From the IMG/VR virus record IMGVR_UViG_3300008113_000307, positions 85,919 to 130,710 of that record: a stretch of DNA of 44,792 nt. One strand, written 5' to 3'. The position numbers and the translations under genes were made by a program. The notes beneath the pieces are model-generated. The model saw only the letters and a list, made by a program, of their open reading frames with translations. It was not told the origin of the DNA and did not search any database. This stretch comes from a virus. Lineage: Duplodnaviria; Heunggongvirae; Uroviricota; Caudoviricetes. This document shows, piece by piece, positions 20,807 through 28,183 of this stretch (its first letter is position 1; each line of letters opens with the position of its first letter).

Positions 20807-21999
20807 TACCAGAATCCTCCTTTGATTAGGTCACCGTTGGCAAAGCCTTTGAGACTGAACTGTTTGCTGACCTGACTGCGTGTTTGCACCGGAATCAACG
20901 TGATGTCAATGTCCATTTTGGTTGGCACATAGTTGGCCAGTTGTGTGTTATTGACGCTGGCCACCACCGACGATGGCGCCGGAGGAGTTGCAGTAAAATT
21001 TGCCAGGCCAGCATTCAGCAGCCGATTGCCTGTGGCACCAAGCCCAGCTGCACTGGAAGGTGAACTGGCTGTGCGTCGACTCAGCAGATCAGTGCCATAG
21101 TTGTTGACACTGGTAGCACGTATGTAGTCCACACTGTCAGGCAAGTTGTAGGCAAAGCTTGTGACCACACAAGGATGTCCGTAAAACTGATTCATTCCAA
21201 ATCCGCTGAGATATACCAAGGGAGGCGGTGTTCCTCGTTCGTCATCTTTGCCGTAGAACATCTTGGTCACACTGCGGAAAAAATGTATCACTGCCAAGAG
21301 GTAGTTGGCTTCGTTGGTATCTTGTGCAGTGAATATACCACGAATTTGCAAGTCATCCACTCGGGAATTTTTGTAGTACACCCCGCGATAGTTTGAGTGC
21401 ACCAGATCATACTGCTCATAATTGGCCTTGTAACTGGTGTTGATTGCAGGAGTGTAGGGGAATATCACACCGTTGGTATAATACAACGGATCTAGTATTC
21501 CCCGTTGTCCCTCTGGCTGATTGTAAAGATAGTTGGATGAAGGTGCCAACTGCAGTCGCACTCGCCAATCAGCACTGCCTTCTTTTTTGTACACACTGTT
21601 CAGCGTGGCCTGATTGATGGTGTTGACTTTGGCTGCTTCTTGTTCCAGTGCTGCAAGGGCGTCAGCACCATCTGGGTCTTCTGCTGCAGCAGCTTCAGCA
21701 GCCGCACTACTTTCTTCATCCAGTGCAGCCACTGCTCCAGTTGGATCATCAATAGCTGCTTGAGCTTGTTCTTCTGTGGCAAAACCTGTTTGTTGAAACT
21801 CGCCCGGTGGGTCGGCCCAGACGCCATATGATCCTGTTTCAGAGTCCCATACCGTTGACAATGTAGGAGCCACCGGAGAAGGCGCAGTGACTTGCACTTG
21901 CTCTTCAGCTTCTGCTTCCTCAAACAATGCAGCTGATTCAGCGTCGGTCAGTGGCACTGACAGCCTGTGCTTCAGCGTCGCCGCCTTCTTCAATTGCAC
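20806..21999 (-). CDS. Tail-tube initiator/baseplate protein (gp48/gp54-like), C-terminal frame
   Basis: DWRVRLQL...GVIFPYTPAI...LVHSNY...FTAQDT..A.YLLAVIHFFRSVTKMFYG...GTPPPLVYLSG. No Met for the first ~240 aa and the GTG start looks nominal, so it probably continues the ORF at 22531. Confidence 0.7.
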   Translation of the reverse strand: MQLKKAATLKHRLSVPLTDAESAALFEEAEAEEQVQVTAPSPVAPTLSTVWDSETGSYGVWADPPGEFQQTGFATEEQAQAAIDDPTGAVAALDEESSAAAEAAAAEDPDGADALAALEQEAAKVNTINQATLNSVYKKEGSADWRVRLQLAPSSNYLYNQPEGQRGILDPLYYTNGVIFPYTPAINTSYKANYEQYDLVHSNYRGVYYKNSRVDDLQIRGIFTAQDTNEANYLLAVIHFFRSVTKMFYGKDDERGTPPPLVYLSGFGMNQFYGHPCVVTSFAYNLPDSVDYIRATSVNNYGTDLLSRRTASSPSSAAGLGATGNRLLNAGLANFTATPPAPSSVVASVNNTQLANYVPTKMDIDITLIPVQTRSQVSKQFSLKGFANGDLIKGGFW

Positions 22000-22531
22000 T
22001 TCTTGGCACAGGAGCCGGTGCAGGAGTTATTATTTCTGCTCGCTGTTGTGGGTCCAGCAGTCCTAGGCCTGCTCCGATGTTTTCTACTGCACCAGGTGCA
22101 TTGGCTGCAGGAACTGGGGCTGGGGCAATTTCAGCAGCATTGGCCCGGGCATTGACAGCAACATCATCTGCAGTAGAAGCTTGTACACCTTGAGCTGGCA
22201 ACGATGATTGGAACTGATCTCTGTTGGAGGTATTGAATCTAATAGAGCCGTCTAGTTTTTCTATATTGCTAGATGTCTGGCTAGCGGCAACTCTTGCGTC
22301 AGATTCAGCTTGATCAGCCAGGCGAGCTTGACGTTGTAGTGCCGCCACCTGTTCGGCAGAGGCGCCAGAATTTTGTGCCCGCTGTGCCGCGAGTTCAGCA
22401 TCAATTCTTGCCGTTTCAGCTTTGGCCAGTTGTTCTTGTTGAATCCGAAGAATTGTTTCTTGACCAGCTTTTTCTTGCTGTTTCTGCTGAATAGCTGCAT
22501 TGTACTGATCAATTTGTTGTTGGGTCGACAT
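21938..22531 (-). CDS. N-terminal coiled-coil/low-complexity part of the same gene (frame break near 21950)
   Basis: ATG with AGGA RBS and an upstream late-type promoter. Gln/Ala-rich coiled coil. Overlaps the downstream +1 frame. Confidence 0.6.
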   Translation of the reverse strand: MSTQQQIDQYNAAIQQKQQEKAGQETILRIQQEQLAKAETARIDAELAAQRAQNSGASAEQVAALQRQARLADQAESDARVAASQTSSNIEKLDGSIRFNTSNRDQFQSSLPAQGVQASTADDVAVNARANAAEIAPAPVPAANAPGAVENIGAGLGLLDPQQRAEIITPAPAPVPRSAIEEGGDAEAQAVSATDRR

Positions 22532-22551
22532 GTGATAATATTCCTGTACGT

Positions 22552-22580
22552 TATTTACCGTGTTTTTTAACGGCCCAGTT
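22552..22580 (-). promoter_or_regulatory. Putative late promoter of the tail operon, AACTGGGCCGTT-N11-TAAATAA
   Basis: Same upstream element and spacing as at 13868-13896; 20 nt upstream of ATG 22531. Confidence 0.65.
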
Positions 22581-22591
22581 TAACCTTGAGG

Positions 22592-22619
22592 TTGACATGT
22601 GTTGTAAATATGCTACAAT
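22592..22619 (+). promoter_or_regulatory. Sigma70-type promoter for the late sigma gene
   Basis: TTGACA (22592-97), 16 nt spacer, TG-c-TACAAT (22614-19), GGAGA RBS before ATG 22646. The spacer contains TAAATA (22605-10). Confidence 0.75.
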
Positions 22620-22645
22620 AACACATACTGGAGACACCGTCACCT

Positions 22646-23548
22646 ATGACAACTACCCTGACCAAAACGCCTGCTCGCGTGAACTATCTCAACAACCGCG
22701 ACATACTGAAAGAAATTCATGCCAGCAAAAATACCTACTGCTGGTACCGAGATCGAGCACTAGATCATCAATACGACATAATTTTGCCCAGTCTAGACCG
22801 GATCAATCAACGTACTATTGTAGAAGCACGCAAGTCGCGTGCTGACCGTATCAAACGTGAAACTGGTGAAATAATTGATCAGAAAAAAATTCCCAATACA
22901 GATCTAGTGTTCCGCATTACTGCATGGGACCATATTCCCAAAGCACCCAAAAAGATTACCAAGGCTGAGGCTAAAAAGCGCAAACTGGAAGAAATCCTAG
23001 ATCTAGACGATGCACAAGAGGACGATCCCTTAGCAGGGCTAATCGACGAACCTGTGTTGGACCTGAATCATGTGCGTTTAAACTTTCCACCGTTTGAGCA
23101 CTATAGAATTGACGAAAACAAAACCCCATTCATTGTGGGTCGCAGTCATTGGCAGGGAGATCTTGAAACTGGAGAATTCTGCCGCGAACACGGCACTATG
23201 ACCCGCAAGCTGGCCACCATGTTCATGAAGCTGTGCGAACGCTATGCCACACGAAGCAACTGGAGAGGATACACCTACAATGAAGAAATGCGCGGACAAG
23301 CCCTGCTGCAACTCAGTCAAATTGGGCTGCAGTTCGACGAATCAAAATCGCAGAACCCTTTTGCGTATTATACTGCCGCTATTACCAATAGCTTTACTCG
23401 TATCCTGAACATTGAGAAGAAAAATCAAAACATTCGCGATGACATTTTAGAAATCAACGGACTTAATCCTTCATGGACTCGGCAAAATTCTGGTGCCAAA
23501 AGCATGGCGGCCATGTCCGGACCGGTTGTGTCTAGTCTAGATGAGTAG
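22646..23548 (+). CDS. gp55: Late-transcription sigma factor, T4 gp55-like
   Basis: NYLNNRDILKEI at the N-terminus and NWRGYTYNEEMRGQAL...QFDESKSQNPFAYYT...FTRILNIEKK match gp55 conserved blocks. Confidence 0.88.
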   Translation: MTTTLTKTPARVNYLNNRDILKEIHASKNTYCWYRDRALDHQYDIILPSLDRINQRTIVEARKSRADRIKRETGEIIDQKKIPNTDLVFRITAWDHIPKAPKKITKAEAKKRKLEEILDLDDAQEDDPLAGLIDEPVLDLNHVRLNFPPFEHYRIDENKTPFIVGRSHWQGDLETGEFCREHGTMTRKLATMFMKLCERYATRSNWRGYTYNEEMRGQALLQLSQIGLQFDESKSQNPFAYYTAAITNSFTRILNIEKKNQNIRDDILEINGLNPSWTRQNSGAKSMAAMSGPVVSSLDE

Positions 23549-23560
23549 TACAATCAGTAG

Positions 23561-24577
23561 ATGAGTAATCTATTTAAAAAAGCCGCAGTCTTTACTGACA
23601 TCCATTTTGGTCTCAAGAGCAACAGCACACTGCACAACGAAGACTGTTTGTCTTTTGTAAAATGGGCTACTGAAAAGGCAAAACAACAAGGTTGTGAAAC
23701 CTGTTTGTTCCTGGGTGACTGGCACAACCATCGTGCGTCTATCAACATTGTGACCTTGAACTACAGTTTGCGAGCGCTGGAGCACATGAATGACAACTTT
23801 GAACAGGTTTATTTCATTCCGGGCAATCACGACCTATACTATCGCGACAAACGTGACATTCAGAGTGTGGAGTTTGCCAGGCATTTGCCTCGTGTGACCA
23901 TCTGTAATGATTGGTTCACAGATGGCGGGGTGACCATTGCTCCCTGGCTGTGTGGCGATGATCACAAACGCTTGACCGCCATGAGTGGTCAGTATCTGTT
24001 TGGTCACTTTGAACTGCCGGGCTATCTCATGAACGCCATGATAGCCATGCCCGATCATGGTGCAATCCAGCGTGATGATCTTGGCGGCTTTGGTCATGTG
24101 TTTACTGGGCACTTTCACAAACGTCAGACCAAAAAGAACATCACCTACATCGGCAACTGTTTCCCTCACAACTATGCTGACGCCGGAGACGACGAACGTG
24201 GCATGATGATCCTGGAGTGGGGACAAGAGCCTGAGTATCATGCTTGGCCCGATCAGCCCACTTATCGCGTGTACGGCTTGGCCAACTTGATTGATAATGC
24301 AGCTGATATTCTTCGGCCCAAGATGCATGTGCGTGTGAACTTGGATATTGACATTTCATACGAAGAAGCCAACTACATTAAAGAAACATTTATCCGTCAG
24401 TACAATCTACGAGAAATGAGCTTGAATCCCACCAAGCGAGGCGATGTTGAGACCGACGCGGCGCCAGGCGAAATCAAGTTTGAATCAGTAGATCAAATTG
24501 TAACTGATCAGATCACCAACATTGAGTCAGAGTTTTACGATTCCAAACTGTTGCTGCAGATTTACCAGAACCTGTGA
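23561..24577 (+). CDS. gp47: Recombination nuclease subunit, gp47/Mre11/SbcD-like
   Basis: Metallophosphoesterase motifs FTDIHFG, FLGDW, PGNHD, FGHFE, TGHFHKRQ. Confidence 0.92.
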   Translation: MSNLFKKAAVFTDIHFGLKSNSTLHNEDCLSFVKWATEKAKQQGCETCLFLGDWHNHRASINIVTLNYSLRALEHMNDNFEQVYFIPGNHDLYYRDKRDIQSVEFARHLPRVTICNDWFTDGGVTIAPWLCGDDHKRLTAMSGQYLFGHFELPGYLMNAMIAMPDHGAIQRDDLGGFGHVFTGHFHKRQTKKNITYIGNCFPHNYADAGDDERGMMILEWGQEPEYHAWPDQPTYRVYGLANLIDNAADILRPKMHVRVNLDIDISYEEANYIKETFIRQYNLREMSLNPTKRGDVETDAAPGEIKFESVDQIVTDQITNIESEFYDSKLLLQIYQNL

Positions 24578-25767
24578 TTCACACTATGAATCTGTATAAG
24601 AAAAATAACACTTATGGAGAGCTCAAATCTGTAGTGCTAGGCAGTTACTACTATCCTGATTATTTTAAGTACATAAAAAATTCAGCGGTTCGAGAGCCAC
24701 TGATGAAAATTGCCGAAGAGATAAATCAGGATCTTGATCAATTTGAAAATTTTTTAAAAACAAAAAATGTCAAGGTAATACGTCCAACGTTACCTGGTGT
24801 AGATCAATTTAACGGTTACATAGAGACGCATCAACAATTACCGACTCCCCCATTACAACCTAGAAACAATCATTCAGTAATTGGCAACGAACTGTACAAA
24901 TTAGATTGTGCGGTGCCAGAAATTGATCAATGCCTGTTGCAATACAATGCAACCACGGTTGATTTATTAACAAAAAATAAAGAATTTTATCAAAAATCTA
25001 TACAATCTAATTCAGATTGTTTTCATAATGGGACATGGTTTTCAAAACAAAAATATCAAGAATTAGCTGGACCCGACTGGCCCCAATTTGAGCACTATGT
25101 TCAGGGAGCAGTTGCGTCCTTATCGCACATACAACAAGAAATAGATTCGTTTCAGTCAGTGTTAAAGTATAACAATCGAGATTTTGGCCCGCTTCTGGGC
25201 CCTAATATTTTTCCAACAGATCAGGGAATTGTTGTAGATTCGAATGAATATTGCAATTATGCTGGCTGGGCATCTGAGAATATAACTGACCAAAAACCCT
25301 ACATATCTATTAGTACAGGTGCCGGTCATACAGATGGTTGTTTCATTGTGCTAGGACATAATACTATTCTAGGTATAGATCTGCTGATTAATTATAAAAA
25401 ATATTTTCCTGGATACACAGTAATTCCAGTGCCTGATAAGAATTATATGGATCATGTGCAATCATTTTCACAGATGAAATCATTGGTTGGTGGTAGGTGG
25501 TGGGTAGATGGTGCTGAACACAACTTTGATTTTATTAATTTTGTAGAAAACTACTGTTCAGCCTGGACAGGCTATGTCCAAGAAACTGTGTTTGATGTCA
25601 ACGTATTTGCAATAGACCCTGACACTGTGTGTGTTTCTAATGCCAATCAGTCAATTATAGATCAACTGCACTGTCGTGGAATCAATGCAGTAGTAATTCC
25701 TTGGCGTCATAGATTTTTTGTTGACGGTGGACTTCACTGTATTACATTAGATCTTTATAGAGAGTAA
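24574..25767 (+). CDS. Amidinotransferase/pentein-fold enzyme
   Basis: ELKSVVLG, QPRN, HTDGCF, FDVNV and C-terminal RHRFFVDGGLHCITLDL (catalytic Cys and His positions). Alternative start ATG 24586. Confidence 0.75.
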   Translation: MIHTMNLYKKNNTYGELKSVVLGSYYYPDYFKYIKNSAVREPLMKIAEEINQDLDQFENFLKTKNVKVIRPTLPGVDQFNGYIETHQQLPTPPLQPRNNHSVIGNELYKLDCAVPEIDQCLLQYNATTVDLLTKNKEFYQKSIQSNSDCFHNGTWFSKQKYQELAGPDWPQFEHYVQGAVASLSHIQQEIDSFQSVLKYNNRDFGPLLGPNIFPTDQGIVVDSNEYCNYAGWASENITDQKPYISISTGAGHTDGCFIVLGHNTILGIDLLINYKKYFPGYTVIPVPDKNYMDHVQSFSQMKSLVGGRWWVDGAEHNFDFINFVENYCSAWTGYVQETVFDVNVFAIDPDTVCVSNANQSIIDQLHCRGINAVVIPWRHRFFVDGGLHCITLDLYRE

Positions 25768-25768
25768 C

Positions 25769-26617
25769 ATGTACAACAATAAAAATATCTATTGTGTATG
25801 GTACCCCAGCGGAGGATTCGGTCATTTTATTAATACTGTCCTAACACATTACGGCACTGATTTTGTTAGACCAATCAACCCTGGGTATCAATTTTCTGCC
25901 ACGGGCAACAGTCACCTCAATGAATTAGTGGCTCCAAAGTTTTCGTTCAATCCAAATGATTATGAATTTGACTTTGGGGAAACTACTAAACAATACTCTG
26001 TGTTGGTTGACAATGGCATCAACGATGAATCAAAGAATTTTATCACCACATTTCCTCAGGCCAAAATAATAAAAGTGTGCTACAGCACAATTACTTGGCC
26101 GGTTGTGGCATCAACTGCAATACACAAAGCCATGAAGTCTAATTTTGATTCGGAACTTGCAGTTGACCAACTTGGGTGGTCAGGCTCAAGCAACTGGGCC
26201 CAACGAGAAAAATATTTTTTATTTCTTGCTGCTCACCATCATCGCATGATGTGGAAACCCGAAACAGACTATTATAATCTTTTGGTCGACGACATGCTGA
26301 ACTACAATGTTTTTTATAGCCGGCTTAGTGAGTTTGGAATCGAGTTAACAGATTTTTCAAAGCTCTGGGACTCATGGTACAAACATAATCAGAAATACAT
26401 TTTTCCAGTTGTTTTTGCTAAAAAAGTTATGGATGCGATCGATCAGAACCAAAGTATAGATATATCACATTGCCAAGATCTCTGGACTCAAGCTGTGGTA
26501 AACTATTTTATCTGGGATAGATTTAATTACACAGTGCCAGCAAACGATTTTGCTAACTGGTTCACTAACACAGATCAAATCATTGCCTTGTTGGCACAAC
26601 AACATGCATCAGCTTGA
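25769..26617 (+). CDS. Sulfotransferase-like/P-loop protein (putative)
   Basis: N-terminal YPSGGFGHF Gly-rich loop; 282 aa; function weakly supported. Confidence 0.45.
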   Translation: MYNNKNIYCVWYPSGGFGHFINTVLTHYGTDFVRPINPGYQFSATGNSHLNELVAPKFSFNPNDYEFDFGETTKQYSVLVDNGINDESKNFITTFPQAKIIKVCYSTITWPVVASTAIHKAMKSNFDSELAVDQLGWSGSSNWAQREKYFLFLAAHHHRMMWKPETDYYNLLVDDMLNYNVFYSRLSEFGIELTDFSKLWDSWYKHNQKYIFPVVFAKKVMDAIDQNQSIDISHCQDLWTQAVVNYFIWDRFNYTVPANDFANWFTNTDQIIALLAQQHASA

Positions 26618-27434
26618 TCGTTTGGATATCATGATTGCGTATTCGTGCAATCTTGCGTGTCAAGGGTGCATCAGTATCAGCGACCAACCAAGAGATGGTA
26701 TTGAACCTTATGAGAACATAGTTGCACAAATTGATCAATGGAAATCTGTTATTAGTCCAGCAGTGATTGCTATTTTTGGTGGTGAGCCATGTTTGCATCC
26801 AAAGCTGATTGAAATTTGTAAACATGTTAGAGCTGCATGGCCCAACACTGTTATACGTCTGATTACCAATGGCTATTTGCTAGATAACTTTGATGCTGAC
26901 CACTGGTTTGAACTAGGAACAGTTGAAATACAAGTAAGCGTTCATAGAAAAGATCACGAACATGTGTTGAATCAAAAAATTAAAAATATCTTGGTAAAGC
27001 GTAAACCATGGACAGTCTCAATAAATCAAGAAGACCATCAGCACAAACAGATCCAATGGCAACACAAGTCTATATCTATATACAAAAGTATTTTTAAAGA
27101 TTTCGTAGTGCCGTATCAACACAACAACAATCAAATACTTCCATGGAATAGCGATCCGGCTGCTGCTCATAAAATTTGCGGAGCTCCAAATACTCCAATT
27201 TTATACAAAGGTAAATTATACAAGTGCCCGGCGGTGGCCAATGCTATTGATATTACTAAACAAAATTGGTTTAAATATCGGGCCGTAGGATCCAATGATG
27301 ACCTGAATAATTTTATTGATAGCATTGGCGTTCCTGAGCCAGTGTGTGGACAATGTCCTAATCAGTTGCAGGCTGTAGTCGTTGATCATTTTGATCGGAA
27401 AAATGTTGTTGTCAAACAAAAAAATATTAACTAG
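26604..27434 (+). CDS. Radical SAM enzyme with a C-terminal Cys-containing (Twitch/SPASM-like) extension
   Basis: CNLACQGC, FGGEP, LITNG, LYKCP...CGQCP. ATG 26604 overlaps the previous gene's end. Confidence 0.85.
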   Translation: MHQLDRLDIMIAYSCNLACQGCISISDQPRDGIEPYENIVAQIDQWKSVISPAVIAIFGGEPCLHPKLIEICKHVRAAWPNTVIRLITNGYLLDNFDADHWFELGTVEIQVSVHRKDHEHVLNQKIKNILVKRKPWTVSINQEDHQHKQIQWQHKSISIYKSIFKDFVVPYQHNNNQILPWNSDPAAAHKICGAPNTPILYKGKLYKCPAVANAIDITKQNWFKYRAVGSNDDLNNFIDSIGVPEPVCGQCPNQLQAVVVDHFDRKNVVVKQKNIN

Positions 27435-28119
27435 TGGCTGTGGCGTTAGCTGGAGTGGTCAGAGCAAAAAAACCTGGGTCAACGTACTTAAAACTCTCGG
27501 AGGAAACATTGTTGATGTAGGCGGTCCTGCAGTCAGCAACCAATGGGTACTAGATCGTGCAATTGAACATATGACTCAGACTAACAACATTACTCATGCA
27601 ATAATTCAATTAACCAGTTTGGGCAAACTTGATGTTGAAGTAGATCAAGAAAGAATAAATGAATTAGTAACTCCCGACTCTTTAAGAAATTTTGTCATAC
27701 AAGGAGTTTGGCCTAGTAGTGTTAGCCTAGAGCACCAATCAAAAAAACTTTGGGATAAATGGTTATCAAGTCCTAGCTTGGAATTACAAAGTATCTGTTG
27801 CAAACTAGTATTGTTAGCTCACTGGTGCAGCAGCCACAACATTGAACTAGTAGTATTCCAGGGCTACACTTTGCCATGGAATGACATTCAGAAATCTCAA
27901 CTGTGCAGTATTCTCAATTTTGACATTGATCCTGCTGTCCCTGAATATCATGCATCAGATTTTTATCAATGGCATGATTATAGCAAACAGAATACGGTGC
28001 CTTGTTTGGAATTTCAAATTGAGTTGGCCCACAGAGTTAGCAAAAAAATTGACTCAGTTTTACATGATCGAGTGACGCTGGCTCGGCAGCAGTACTTTTC
28101 TAAGTATCATCCTGGATGA
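27403..28119 (+). CDS. SGNH-hydrolase-like protein (putative)
   Basis: ILTSGCGVSW...TWV...GGPAVSNQW resembles the GCS-type SGNH-like proteins common in large phages. Confidence 0.45.
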   Translation: MLLSNKKILTSGCGVSWSGQSKKTWVNVLKTLGGNIVDVGGPAVSNQWVLDRAIEHMTQTNNITHAIIQLTSLGKLDVEVDQERINELVTPDSLRNFVIQGVWPSSVSLEHQSKKLWDKWLSSPSLELQSICCKLVLLAHWCSSHNIELVVFQGYTLPWNDIQKSQLCSILNFDIDPAVPEYHASDFYQWHDYSKQNTVPCLEFQIELAHRVSKKIDSVLHDRVTLARQQYFSKYHPG

Positions 28120-28131
28120 TTGTCAAAATCT

Positions 28132-28160
28132 TTTACTTTTGCACACAATGTTGCTATAAT
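28132..28160 (+). promoter_or_regulatory. Sigma70-type promoter for the gp46-like gene
   Basis: TTTACT, 17 nt spacer, TG-c-TATAAT; GGAG RBS before TTG 28184. Confidence 0.7.
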
Positions 28161-28183
28161 AAAAGACCTATTGGAGCCAAAGA

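Noticed and set aside
10807-21940. Stop-codon reassignment as the cause of the two split genes
   Set aside because: In both cases the downstream part is in a different frame, so readthrough would not join them; TAG and TGA end other genes normally.
61-22500. Many plus-strand ORFs in the track (e.g. 5188-5775, 14690-15583)
   Set aside because: Antisense shadows of long minus-strand structural genes, with no RBS, motifs or operon context.
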